A DNA stretch of 64,000 bases from Anaeramoeba ignava BMAN. Lineage: Eukaryota; Protista; Anaeramoebae. A program made the position numbers and the translations under genes. The notes beneath the pieces are model-generated. The model did no database searches. It was given only the letters and a program-made list of their open reading frames with translations, and was not told where the DNA came from. Positions 46,619 to 59,660 of the stretch are shown one piece after another. Each line of letters begins with the position of its first letter. Position 1 is the stretch's first letter. Location of the stretch: the NCBI GenBank assembly GCA_028826165.1, contig JAPDFW010000100.1, forward strand, positions 173,905 through 237,904, given 5' to 3'.

Positions 46619-49382
46619 TTAATTCTTTTTTGATTCCAAAAGATTATTTTTAATTAATTCAAGCAAATCTTTTTCTTTTTCTTTCAGTTTAAATTCAAGA
46701 ATTTTATCTGAATTAAAATAAAATCGAAAATTTTTTGTTGATGAAAAATGCTTAAAATGAATCTTCTGCGTAAAATAATAAGGAACTTCTTCTTTATTTG
46801 AGAATTTAAATGTAATTTTATCTTTTCCAAAAATAAAAGTAAATGTTTCATTTTTGGATTTTGGATTATTTTTATAATATAAAATAGTTCCTTCAAAAGT
46901 AAATTGATCTTCGTTTTCTTGATTTTGAACTGTTGTTTTAAAAACTGCATCAGATTGCGTTCTTCTTAGTGAGGGTGAGTTTTGGGGTTGATTTGAAGGT
47001 GATTTTCTGTGTTGTCTTGAAATTGTTTGTGATCTGCCTTGATTTCCAACTCTTTTATTTATATCTTGCTGATTGTGTGGTTTTGAAGGTTGTGATTTGA
47101 ATTGATTTTGGTTTGTTTGGTTTGCATCTTGTCCATTTATTTCATTGTGTTGTTGTTGTTTATCATCACTTTTCTTATTTGAATCATTTTGAATTTGAAT
47201 TTGATTTTGTTGATTTGAATCATTTTGATTTGAATCATTTGTATTTGTTGGATTGTGTTTATCAATTTTTGTTGAATTTGAATCATTTTGAATTTGAATT
47301 TGATTTTGTTGATGTAAATTTGTTGAATCATTTGAATCTGTTTGAATTTGATTTGAATTTGTTGAATCAATTTTTGTTGAATTTGAATCATTTTGAATTT
47401 GAATTTGATTTTTTTGATTTTGTTGATGTAAATTTGTTGAATCTGAATCATTTTGAATTTGAATTTGATTTTGTTGATCAATTTCTTGATTTGAATCTGC
47501 TTGAATTTGTTGTTGTGAATTTGTTGAATCATTTTGATTTTGTTTTTGTTTTTCAGTTAAATCATTTGTATCTGCTTGAATTTGTTGTTGTAAATTTGTT
47601 GAGTTCATTCTATTATTTTCCTTTTCCTTTTCTTCTTTCTTTTTCTTTTTCTCTTCCTTTTCCTTTTCCTTTTCTTTTTGTTTTTCTTTTTGTTGATGGA
47701 GAATTATCAAAAATAGATTTTTTTCTTCTTTTTTTTCAAAAGAAATAATTTTGGAATCTTGTTGAATTTGTAATCGAATTAATTGTGAAAATTTTGGATG
47801 AATTTGAATTGATAAACCTTTTAAATAATCATTTGTTTCAATTATATCTAAATTTTGATTTTGATTTTCATTTTCATTTTGATTTTGATTTTCATTTTCA
47901 TTTTCATTTCATTTTCATTTTCTTTTTCTTTTTCATTTCCATTTTCTTTTTCATTTTCTTTTTCTTTTTCAGGAATTAATTGAAATTTATCTCCAATTTT
48001 TATTGTTGCTTTTGAAATTAAATTTTGCCAATTATCTAATATTGTAATTTTAAATTCTTTTGGTAATTTTGGATCGAAATTAAGTTCTGATTTTTTAATT
48101 ATAATTTCTTGATTTTGTGGTTTTTGTTCTGGTTTTTGTTCAAATTGTTTTTTTTTGGTTTCATAATCATTAATAAATTTTTTAAATTCCTCTTCATTTG
48201 AAAATTTTAAAATGAATTTTTCACCATTTTCAAATGTAAATTGATAAACATCTTTCTGATTTTTAAATTTGTGTATTGTTAGATTGTGTTGATAAAATTC
48301 TTGAATTGATGTTTTAAAAATAATTTTATCATTTTCAATTTCAATATTTGTTTTTCCAATATTTTTAAGTTTTGAATTCAAAATATTGATTTCATATTGG
48401 TTTTGATTTTCATTTTCATTTTCATTTTCATTTTCATTTTCATTTTCATTTTCATTTTCATTTTCATTTTCACTTTGATTTTTATTTTCATTTTGATTTT
48501 GATTTTGATTTTGATTTTGATTTTGATTTTGATTTTGATTTTCATTTTCATTTTCATTTTGACTTGATTTTAAATTTTGATTTTGATTTGGATTTTGATT
48601 TTGATTTGTATTTTGATTTTGATTTTGATTTGGATTTGTATTTTGGATTTTCATTTTGATTTTTATTTTTCATTATTTTATTTTATTTTATCTTTTTGTG
48701 AATTATCATCTTTATTTGTATGTGTATTTATTTCAGTTGTGGTATTATCTTCATCTTTTTTTACTTGTGATTGATTATTATCTTTATCTGTTGAATTATT
48801 GATTTTGATTTTTCTTGTTTCATTATCCTTTTTTTTGATATCTCCTTTGATTCTTTTTTTGATTTGTTTTTCTTGATTTCCTTTACCTTTATCATTAATT
48901 TGAAATTCTTGAGAATTTGATTTTGAATTTGAATTTGATTTTGATTTTGATTTTGAATTTGATTTTGAATTTGATTTTGATTTTGATTTTGAATTTGATT
49001 TTGATTTTGATTTTGAATTTGGTTTTGATTTTGAATTTGATTTTGAATTTGAATTTGATTTTGAATTTGAATTTAATTTTGATTTTGATTTTGGATTTGG
49101 ATTTTGGTTTTGGTTTTGATCTGTATTTGGATTTGGTTTTGAATTTGAATTTGAATTTGATTTTGATTTTAGATCTGTATTTGGATTTGGATTTTGATTT
49201 GTTTCAGTTGTGGTATTATGTTCATCGTTTTTTTCTTTTTCTTGATTTTGGGTTGGTTTTCTTCTTCTCTCCTGTTCCAAATTTCGTGGTTTGTTTTTTT
49301 CTTTTTTTCCGTTATGTTCTTTATGTTCTGTTTCTTTAAGAGGGTGTTCAGATGTCTTTTCTTTATTTTTTTTAGAGCTCAT
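46619..49382 (-). CDS. Low-complexity N/Q/S/K-rich protein with possible PH-like blocks; probably one gene broken by frameshifts
   Basis: Three consecutive same-strand ORFs (48678-49382, 47848-48654, 46619-47710) separated inside simple repeats; two globular-looking blocks ending F.F.(S/K)..E...F/L helix. Confidence 0.5.
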
Positions 49383-49669
49383 AATAAAATAATAAAATAA
49401 TAAAAAGAAAAAAATGAAAAATAAAAAAAGGAAAAATAAAAAAAGGAAAAATAAAAAAAATAAATAAATAAAAAGTGGATTTTGAAAAAATTAGTCATTT
49501 TTATTTTAAAAAGAAAAAAAAGAATTTAAATTAATAAATTAAAAGAGGAATTAAAATTGGAATTAAAAATAAATTCATTTTCTTTTATTTTTGTTTATTA
49601 AATTATAAATTAAAAAATGAAAAAAATTTAAATTATTTTTTTTTTCATTTTTTTTCTTTTTATTTTAAA

Positions 49670-51465
49670 ATGGAAAAAAAATTTTGTATTGGAATTGATG
49701 AAGCTGGAAGGTAAATTAATTATTTAAAAAGAAAAATAAAAAACAATTTAAAAATTTTTAACGAATTTTATTATTTAAAATAAATAAAAAGAGGATGTGT
49801 TTTAGGTAAAATTCAAAATAGAAATTAAAATTTAAAAAAAATATCTTTTAAGAATTTATTATTATTTATATTATTATTATTATAAAATAAAAGGTTCAAT
49901 GATTTATTCAAGTTGTGTTTGTCCTAAAAATAAGAAAAAATCATTAAAAAAATATGGAGTTGATGATTCAAAAAAATTAACAAGAAAAAAAAGAAATGAA
50001 ATATTTAATACACTTAAAACTAAAAAATATGTTGAATTTGGGATTAAAGTTATTAGTTCTGAAGAAATTTCAATGAAAATGTTAAGAAATGAACCAGAAA
50101 ATTTAAATTTAATTTCGCATAAAGCAGCTATTAATTTAATTAAATTTGCAACTAAAAAATTTAATATTGCAGAGGTTTATGTTGATACTGTTGGGTATTT
50201 TTATTATTTCTGAATAATTTGAATTCAAATTCAAAATCAATTTAAAATCAAAATTCAAATTCAAATTCAAATTCAAAATCAAAATCAAAATTCAAATTCA
50301 AATTAAAATTAAAATTAAAATTAAAATTAAAATTCAAAATCAAATTCAAAATCAAAATCAATATAAAATTCAAATTCAAAATCAAAATCAAAATCAAATT
50401 CAAAATCAAAATCAAATTCAAAATTAAATTCAAAATCAAATTCAAAACAAAAATCAAATTTAAATTCAAAATCAATTTTTGGATATAATTTAGACCTGCT
50501 AAAAAATATAAACAATTATTAAAGAAAAATTTCCCAAAAATTCCAAAAATTGTTGTTGAAGAAAAAGCAGATTCAAAATATCCACTTGTTAGTGCAGCTA
50601 GTATTTGTGCTAAAGTACATAGAGATGATATGTTAGAGAATTGGATATTTAAAGAAATTAATATTAATATTGATCGTGCATTTGGATTAGGATATACAAG
50701 TGGTAGATAATTAAAATTCAAATTCAAAATCAAAATTAAAATTCAAATTCAAAATCAAAATTAAAATCAAATTAAATTCAAAATCAAATCAAATTCAAAT
50801 TCAAATTCAAAATCAAATTCAAATTTAAAACCAATATAAAATTCAAAATTAAAATTAAATTCAAAATCAAAATCAAAATCAAATCAAATTCAAATTTAAA
50901 TTCAAATTCAAATTTAAATTTAAATTCAAATTCAAATTCAAATTCAAATTCAAATTCAAAATTCAAAATTAAAATCTAAATCAAAATCAAATTCAAATTT
51001 AAATCAATATAAAAATAAAAATAAATAAAAATCAAAATCAAATTCAAAAATAAAATTAAAATCAATATAAAAATAAAAATAAATAAAAATCAAAATCAAA
51101 TTCAAAAATAAAATTAAAATCAATATAAAAATAAAAATAAATAAAAATGAAAAAATTTATTAGAATCGGCAGTCACAAATTGGATGAAAAAAAATTCAGA
51201 CTTCGTTTTTGGTTTCCCAACAATTATTAGATTCAGTTGGAAAACAACAATTTTATTTATGCAAAAAAATTGTGCTAAAATTAACTTGAAGAAAAAACAA
51301 GAAAAAATCAAAATAAAAAAAACAAATAAAAAATCAATTAGAGGGAAAAGAAAAAGATCACCAAATTCTTCACAATTAAGTCAAAATTCAATTGAAAAAG
51401 GGAATTTAAATACAACTTTTTTTATTAAAAGGGGAATTTCTTCAACTAAAATTAATGATTTATAA
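49670..51465 (+). CDS. RNASEH2A: Ribonuclease H2 catalytic subunit A, 5 exons
   Basis: IGIDEAGR|GCVLG|SMIY, VDDSKKL, NLNLISH, VYVDTVG, EEKADSKYPLVSAASICAKV.RD, GLGYTS, FGFPTIIRFSWKT. Confidence 0.95.
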
Positions 51466-51536
51466 AAAAAAAAATTTGAAAAATTATAATTTTCATTTTT
51501 TTTCATTTTTGGAAAATTTTTTTTTATAAAAAAGAA

Positions 51537-54074
51537 ATGTCAAGAATTGGTTTGTTTAATAAATCAAATAATTCACAAATCCCTTTAAAAAAAGTGAAAT
51601 TTCAAACGAATATTATCGATTTTGCTGCAAAAGTTTCTGTTGATCAAGTTTTTGAAAATGAAGAAAAATTTCCTATTGAAACTGTTTTTGTTTTTCCTCT
51701 TAATTCAAATTCTGCAATTTTTGGATTTGAAATTTTAATTAATAACGAAAAAATTATTGGAAAAGTGAAAGAAAAAGAAAAAGCACAACAAATTTACAAT
51801 GATTCAATTTCAAAAGGAAAAACAGCGTAAATAATTTAGGAAAATCAAAACAAAAAAAAAAAAGCAAAAAATTTTTTCGTTTATTATTTTTGAAATATTT
51901 TCGAAAAATTTTTTTTTAGGTTTAAATTAGATCAGGAAACTCCAGATATTTTTGTTACAAATGTTGGGAATTTAGCTCCGAAACAAAGTTGTACAATAAC
52001 AATCCTTTATGTCACAACTCTTTATGAAAATGAAAAAAACCAATATGGATTGTTTTTGCCAACTTCAATAACAAAATGCTATGTTCCACTTTCTGATCAA
52101 GAACGAGCGCAGAATTTAAACAGCCAAACACTCCAATATTCCACAGATATCGGTGTTGATATTGAATTCAGTTTCAGAATCAAAATGAGTTCTCGGATCG
52201 TTTCAATTACTTCAATAACTCATAGTTTGCCAAATCAAATCAATATTGAAAAAAATGAATCAAATTTTTTATTCAGTCCTCAAAAGAAGGAAATTGGGAA
52301 AGATTTTCTCATTTCAATTCAAGAGGAAACCCCTCATGCGCCCAGAGTAATTTCGGAGGTTGATGAAACAGAGGAAATTGTTTCAATGATCACAATGTAT
52401 CCGCAATTGCCGAAAGATAAACTCAACACGGAATTGATTTTCCTAGTTGATCGAAGTGGGAGCATGAGTGGGAAATCGATTGATTATGTCAAATCAACTT
52501 TGGAGCAGTTTCTCCAAATCATCCCCAAATCATCCTATTTCAATATTGTTGGATTTGGGTCTTCTTTTGTGTATTTGTTTCCAAAATCACGGAAATACTC
52601 AAGTGAATCAATCAAAGAAGCTGGTGATCATGTTTCTCAAATGAGCGCAAATCTTGGCGGAACGGAACTGAAGGAACCTTTGAAATCAATATTTGAAAAC
52701 GAACCGCCAGTTGGATTCTCGAGACAAATCTTCTTGCTCACTGATGGAGCTGTGTCAAATACCGAAGAGATCATTTCGCTTGTGAAATCGGAATCAAAGA
52801 CAACAAGGATATTCACTTTTGGGATCGGCCATGGAGCCTCAAAAGAGTTGATTGAGAACATCGCCAAAATCACAAATGCAAATTTCGAGATGATTTTGGA
52901 TCACTCATCAATACAATCTCAAGTTATGAAGCAATTCGAGCGTTCTTTGCAACCTTCGATTACAAATCTCAATATTTCATGGGAAGGCGTCTCTGCCAAG
53001 CATATAACACCTTATTATCTTCCTCCGATTTTCTCAAATCAACGATACTTATTTTTTGCCTTCATCTCAAATCAGAAGGAAAAAGTGGAAAAAGCAACCG
53101 TTATAATTTCAGGACAGATTTTGGATGAGAAAGTGGAATGGAAATTGGATTTCAATCCGCAAAACTTGCAAAGAGACTCAACTCTTCATAAATTAGCAGC
53201 AAAATCAATGATCAAGGATCTGGAACAGAAATCAAGTTCTTTCCACACAAAGATGGGGAAACTCAAAAAGGGATTAAGAAAAGAAGCTGTTGAACAGGAA
53301 ATTCTCAGATTGAGTCTGAAAAACCAAATTGTTTCTTCTCAAACAAGTTTTGTTTCTTATGTTCAAGATCCCTTAAATTTGAACCATTTCCAAGAAATGA
53401 AATTTGTTCCCATTGAAATACAATCCCCAACTCAATCCTCTCCCAAAAAAAATACCCGCAAATCATCCTTTAATAACTTTTCTTGTTTTGCTCAAAGAGT
53501 AACAAGATCCGAATTTTCCCAAAAAGAAGATTTTCAAGAAGATCAAAAAAATTTCCACAAAATGGAAAAGGAAGTCCATCAAGTTTTACATGAAATTTAT
53601 CAAGAAATGGGAAAAGATTCTCCTGTGGAAATTTATAAAAGAATGAACGAGAGAGAAGAACAAAAAGATGTGGAGATTACTGAAGTTTTCAAACAAAAAA
53701 TTCTTGAAAAACATCTTGAATCATTGGAAAAAATTAAAAACGAAAATTTTCAAATTCCAAAAATTGTTTTGAATGTTGGTTCTTTTGACATCATTTCTTC
53801 ATCACAAACCCAAGAAGGAAATTGGGAAATTTCTCAAGAATTATGTTCTGCTGTTGGTATTTCGCAAGAAGTTATTGAAAATTCAAATCCTTTTATAAGT
53901 TTTTCTTTGAAAACTTGGTTCAATATTTTAATTATTTCTTTAATTCAAGTTTGTTTTCCTAAATTTATTCAAATCTCTAAAAAAGCAGAAGAATGGTTAA
54001 AAAAAGAAGAAATTCAAAACATTGATTTAATAATTGAAGAAACAAAAAGAAGGATTTTTATAAGAGATTTTTAA
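51537..54074 (+). CDS. VIT + vWA domain protein (VWA5A/PARP4-like)
   Basis: VIT (QVFENEEKFPIETVFVFPL..KEKEKAQQIY), intron 51827-51919, vWA MIDAS FLVDRSGSM, ANLGGTEL, FLLTDG, RIFTFGIG. Confidence 0.92.
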
Positions 54075-54385
54075 ACTCAAAAATTTTAATTTTAATTTTA
54101 ATTTTAATTTTAAATTTGATTTTAATTTTAATTTGAATTTGATTTTAAATTTGGATCAAAAAAAATTTCCACTTTTTTGGTTTTTTACTTTTTTGGTTTT
54201 TTTTTATTATTATTAGATTACTTCGTTGTTCAAAATCAAAATTAAAAAAAAAATTATTTTGAGAAATATTTCCAATCCAAAAAAAAAAAAAAATATAAAG
54301 AGAAACAAAAACAGAAAAATGAACAAACAAATGAGAAAAAAAAAGGAAAAAAAAAAAGGAAAAAAAGGAAAAAAAGAAGAATAAA

Positions 54386-54946
54386 CTATAAAATGGAACA
54401 AAATTTCTTTTTGCGTTCAGGAAGAACAGATTGAGGATTCAAAGAGATTCTATTCATTTCTCTTGCCAAAAAATGGAAAGGATCTTCAACGTTTGTTCTA
54501 AGTTTAGCAGAAGTTTCAAAATAACGAGAATTTTTTTGCTTAGCGAATTTTTCCGCTTCAACAAAATCAACACATCTATCTTTTTCCAAATCTGATTTAT
54601 TTCCAACAATGACAATAGGGAATTTATCAGTTTCTTTAACTTTATAAATTTGGGAAATAAGATTCGGGACAGATTCATAAGATTCACGATCAACAAGAGA
54701 AAAAACAATAATAAAACCGTCACCAGATCTTAAATGAGTATCATGAATAACTGAGAATTCTTCTTGTCCTGCTGTGTCAAGAAGATCCAATACATAAACT
54801 TCATCGTCTAATTCAATTTGCCTTCTATAAATGTCTTCTATTGTTGGTTCATATGCATCTACAAATTTCCGATGAACAAATTGTAATGTTAATGCTGATT
54901 TGCCAACTCCTCCAATTCCAATTATTACTACTTTGAAATTTGGCAT
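54386..54946 (-). CDS. Canonical Ras/Rap-family GTPase
   Basis: GIGGVGKSALT, YEPTIED, DTAGQEE, NKSD, ETSAK, CaaX CSIL. Confidence 0.97.
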   Translation of the reverse strand: MPNFKVVIIGIGGVGKSALTLQFVHRKFVDAYEPTIEDIYRRQIELDDEVYVLDLLDTAGQEEFSVIHDTHLRSGDGFIIVFSLVDRESYESVPNLISQIYKVKETDKFPIVIVGNKSDLEKDRCVDFVEAEKFAKQKNSRYFETSAKLRTNVEDPFHFLAREMNRISLNPQSVLPERKKKFCSIL

Positions 54947-55944
54947 GTTTTTATTTTATTAAATTTTTTTTTTTTTTTCAATTTGAAAATGTAACTAAAA
55001 AAAAAAGCAAAAAAAAATTTTTAAAATTGACGAAAAAAGCAATTTTGTAATTTAAAAAAATAAAAACAGAAAAAAATGAAATTTTATTTTTCTTTAATTT
55101 TTTTTTTTAATTTTTTTTTTTAATAAGCGAATTTTTTTTTTTTTTGAATAAAAAAAATTTTTTTTTCTCCTTTTTTTTAAATTTTTAAAAATTTTTTAAA
55201 GAATTTTTATTAAATAAATATAAAAATAAATATTAAATTAAATATAAAAAGTGGAATAAATATTAAATTAAGCATAGAAATAAATATAGAAATAAATATT
55301 AAATCAATTTATAAATAAATATTAAATTAAATATTAATTCAATTTATAAATAAATATTAAAATAAATATAAAAAAAATATTAAATTAAATATTAAATTAA
55401 ATATAAAAAAAGTGGAATAAATAAATATAAAAAAAGTGGAATAAATATTAATTCAATTTATAAATAAATATAAAAAAAATGGAATAAATAAATAATAGAA
55501 ATAAATAAATAAAAAAAAAAATATTAGAAATAAATATTAAAATTTAGAAATAAAAATAAAATAAATATAGAATTTAAAAATAAATATAAATATTAAAAAT
55601 TAAATATAAAAATTTTGGAATAAAAATAAAAAATGGAATTAAATTAAATATAAATTTAGAAATAAATATTAAAAATAAAATATTAAAAAAAATAAATTAA
55701 CTCAATTTTTAGAAATAAATATAAAAATGGAATAAATAAATATTAGAAATAAATATTAGAAATAAATATTAAATTAAATATTAAAATAAAAAATTAAAAT
55801 AAAACAGTATTTAAAGATGTTTTAATTAAAAAAAAAGAAATAAAAAATTTTTTTTAATTAAATTTTTTTCATTTTTTTACTTTTATTTAAAAAAAAGCGA
55901 AAAAAAAACTTAATTAAAAAATTAAATTTAAATTAAATTAAAAA

Positions 55945-58871
55945 ATGGCAGATAGACAACAAGAAAGAGAAGATCTTATAAGTAATAAAATTATTGCAGA
56001 AATCAAAATTAAAAAATTAAAAGAATTTAGAGGAGAATTAAAAGAACATTTCAATTCAGTTGAAGAAGAATTAAAAAAACATGAAAATGATCCAATTAAT
56101 TATATAACTCAACTTCAAAAAGGATTAAATGAAGCAAAATTCGCACAAGAATCACTTCATGAACCAATAGATCTTGGTGCACTTTTTTATGAATATCAAC
56201 AAGGAAATCAAGAAATTTGTGATAATATTCTTGATGAACATAAACAAAAATTATTAAAACAAATGCAACAAATTAAAAACAGAGGAGAATTAGTTTATCT
56301 TTATGGAAAAATATTAGAAGAACAAGCAAATTATGATGAAGAACAATATATTGAAAGACAACAAGAAAGAGAATTAGCAAAAAAACAAAGAAAAGAACAA
56401 CTTGATAATGAAAATAACAATAATAATAATAATGATGAAAAAGAAAAAGATGAGAAAAAAGATGAGAAAAAGATGAAAAAAAAGAACCAGTTAAAAAAAC
56501 TTGGAAAGAAAGACTTGAAGAACATAAAAAAGAATATTCTAAATTATGGGCTCCTAAAACAAAACAAGAAATTGAAGTTCCTGAAGAATATATTAATTCA
56601 ATTTTTGATTTAATGGATCAAGAAATTTTAGAAATGGCAAGATTAAATGTTAAAAGTTTTATTGAAAATGAATTATTAGCACTTGTTCAAGAAGAAGAAT
56701 TAAAATATGTTTTGAGTTTTATTCGTAAAAATATTCATATGCCTGGATTTTTTAGACAAAATGCATCTGGAATACTTAGATCTGAATTAAAACTTTCTGA
56801 ATGGACTGGTGCTTTAACAATTTTAATTTCTAAATTTAAAGAATTTAAATGGAATGAAATAACATCACTTAGAAGTATTTTTACAAGAAAAAGATTTAGA
56901 ATATTTTTGAAAGAAGATTTTATGACACTTGTTTTAACTAATTTAATTGGATTAAGATGGCAAATGAAATTAAAACAAATTTTAAGAACACTTCATCATT
57001 CTGGAATTAATTTCCCTTCTTTTGTTAATCATTCATCAGCAATCCAATACAGAAAACAAAAAGTACATTCATTATTTATGCCATTTTGTCCTGATAATTT
57101 ATATGATTATCAAAATGTTGATAATTATGGACAAACAAGATTTTCAACAAATCAAACACAAGGACCTGATTCTTTTCAAAAATTATTATGCCATTTAAAT
57201 GGAGAATTATCATTTTTAAGAGCTGTTTTTCCAGAAAGATCATTAGCATTTTTTAGAACTGATATTAAAGATTATTTCCCAAGAATTCAACACAATACAC
57301 TTCTTTATATATTAAAGAAAATAGGAGTTACAGATGATTGGATTGAATTTTTTAGAAAATTTCTTGAAGTTGTTGTTCATATTGAAGGAGAAACATACGT
57401 TTGTCAAAGAGGAATTCCATTAGATCACAGTCTTTCAATTTTATTTAGTGATTTAATGTTATGGTTAATGGATGTATCAGTATTTAAAAAAACTGATGTT
57501 GAATTAATTAGAGCATTAGATGATATCTTCTTTATTACAGTTGATACTGAAAGAGCAACCAGAGCATTTAAAGAAATTGAAAACTTTTGTTCTAAAATGG
57601 GATTTGAATTAAATTATGATAAAACTGGATATTCATTTAGTGATGGAAGTAAAATTGAAGAACTTGAAAACAAAACCAAAGAAATCAAATGGGGATTATT
57701 AAAATTAAAAGATTGTGATTGGATAATAAGTGATGAAAGTTTAAAAGAAGTTCTTGATGGATTTAAAGATGCAATTTCATTTGATTCACCAGTTTTAACA
57801 ATTATTTCATTATGGAATAGTTATATTCATTATATTATCAAGAATTTAGGAATATTTGTTTATTTAGGAAAAGAACATCTTAATAATGTTTCTAAAAAGA
57901 TCAAAGAAATTGAAAAAGAAATATTTGGAGAAAAAGGAATTGTTAAATTAATTAAAGAAAAGATATTAGAAAGATTTGGAGAAGGAAACATTAAAGATAT
58001 TCCATTAGGATTTATTTTCTTACCATTAGAATGTGGAGGGCTTGGATTATTTCAACCTAATATTTACATTTACACATTCAAACAAAGTTCAGATTACAGA
58101 GTTGAAAAACCAACAACATTAAAACAATCAACAGAAGATCTTGGATTTGGATTATCACCATTTACACAATATGGAACAACATCATTATTACAACAACAAA
58201 ATCAAATGTTTTCAAATCAATATGGAGGAGGATTTGCAGCAAAAAAATCAGCATTTGGATTTGGGCCAAGATACACTTCTTCATCAATGAAATCAACATC
58301 AATGAAAGCAGTTCCTAAAATGATGGCTAAAAGAAAAGTATTTGGAAGAGCTAAATCCAAAAGCAAACCAATATTTGCCAAAATTGAATCAGAATCTGAT
58401 GAATATGAAGATGAATATGATGATAATGAAAAAGATATAAAAGATAAAAAAGGAGGAAAAGAAGAAAAAGAAGAAGAAGAATTAAAAGTGCCAGGAATTC
58501 CAGATTTTTTTAATTGTCCTGAAATGTTATTAAATCAAGAATATGGATATTTTTATAATCAACTTCAACAACCATTAGATCAAAGTGGACCATCACATCA
58601 TAATGTTGATTTATCATCACAATATTCATATGGATATGGATATGGATATGGAGGAGGAGGAGGAAGATTTGGATATAGATCAAAAATGATGGCAAGAAGA
58701 AGAGCAAGACCAAGAACAACAACAGCAAGTTATACAACACCATATCATATTTGGTTATTCCATATTTATGATGATTTAAAAGATTTTGCAGGCAAACTTG
58801 ATTATCAACATCCTGATTTAATTCCATCAATTTTAATCAAACAAATCAAATCAAATCAAAGAAATTTATAA
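55945..58871 (+). CDS. rvt: rvt-type cellular reverse-transcriptase-related protein (one gene; 1-nt frameshift at A-run 56467-56471)
   Basis: N-terminal coiled coil; EDFMTLVLTNLIGLRW; RT motifs RTDIKDYFPRIQH, RGIPLDHSLSILFSDL, IRALDDIFF, NYDKTG, IKWGLLKL; thumb/C-terminal WNSY, GKEHL, IPLGFIFLPLECGGLGLFQP, YHIWLFHIY..DLIP. These match the rvt layout as recalled; no endonuclease, RNase H or integrase domain. Confidence 0.85.
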
Positions 58872-58889
58872 TTTTCCAATTTACAATTT

Positions 58890-59550
58890 TCAATTCAATT
58901 TACAATTTAAAATCAATAATTCTTTTAATTTATAATTTAAAATTAATAATTCTTTTCAATTCAATTTATAATTTAAAATCAATAATTCTTTTTAATTCAA
59001 TTTATAATTTAAAATTAATAATTCTTTTTAATTCAATTTATAATTTAAAATTAATAATTCTTTTTAATTTAATTTACAATTTAAAATTAATAATTCTTTT
59101 TAATTTAATTTATAATTTAAAATTAATAATTCTTTTTAATTCAATTTATAATTTAAAATCAATAATTCTTTTCAATTTAATTTACAATTTAAAATCAATA
59201 ATTCTTTTTAATTTAATTTATAATTTAAAATCAATAATTCTTTTTAATTCAATTTACAATTTAAAATCAATAATTCTTTTTAATTCAATTTATAATTTAA
59301 AATCAATAATTCTTTTCAATTTAATTTACAATTTAAAATCAATAATTCTTTTTAATTCAATTTACAATTTAAAATTAATAATTCTTTTCAATTCAATTTA
59401 TAATTTAAAATTAATAATTCTTTTTAATTCAATTTATAATTTAAAATTAATAATTCTTTTTAATTTAATTTATAATTTAAAATTAATAATTCTTTTTAAT
59501 TTAATTTACAATTCAAAATCAATTATTCTTTTCAATTCAATTTACAATTT
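58890..59550. repeat. Tandem minisatellite, ~34-bp unit (tttaattcaatttataatttaaaattaataattc)
   Basis: Direct inspection, immediately 3' of rvt. Confidence 0.9.
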
Positions 59551-59660
59551 AATAAAAACAAAATTCAAACAAAATTTTTTTTCATTTTTTATTTTTCATT
59601 TTTTATTTTTCAAAAATAAATAAAAAATAAAAGTTTAAATTAAAAAAAATTAAATTAAAA

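Noticed and set aside
51537-54074. Intein/Hint domain in the vWA protein
   Set aside because: The vWA domain is uninterrupted; the SCFAQ in the tail lacks the Hint block motifs and a terminal HN.
56461-56480. Programmed ribosomal frameshift between rvt ORF1 and ORF2
   Set aside because: The break is a 5-A run where the preceding GATGAGAAAAAA repeat has 6. Similar 1-nt indels hit TRAPPC10, the NRPS, PMT and HExxH copy 2, so consensus error is more likely; short reads would settle it.
55945-58871. Two-ORF non-LTR retrotransposon or group II intron
   Set aside because: No endonuclease, RNase H, maturase context, poly(A) tail or TSD; the motif layout fits rvt.
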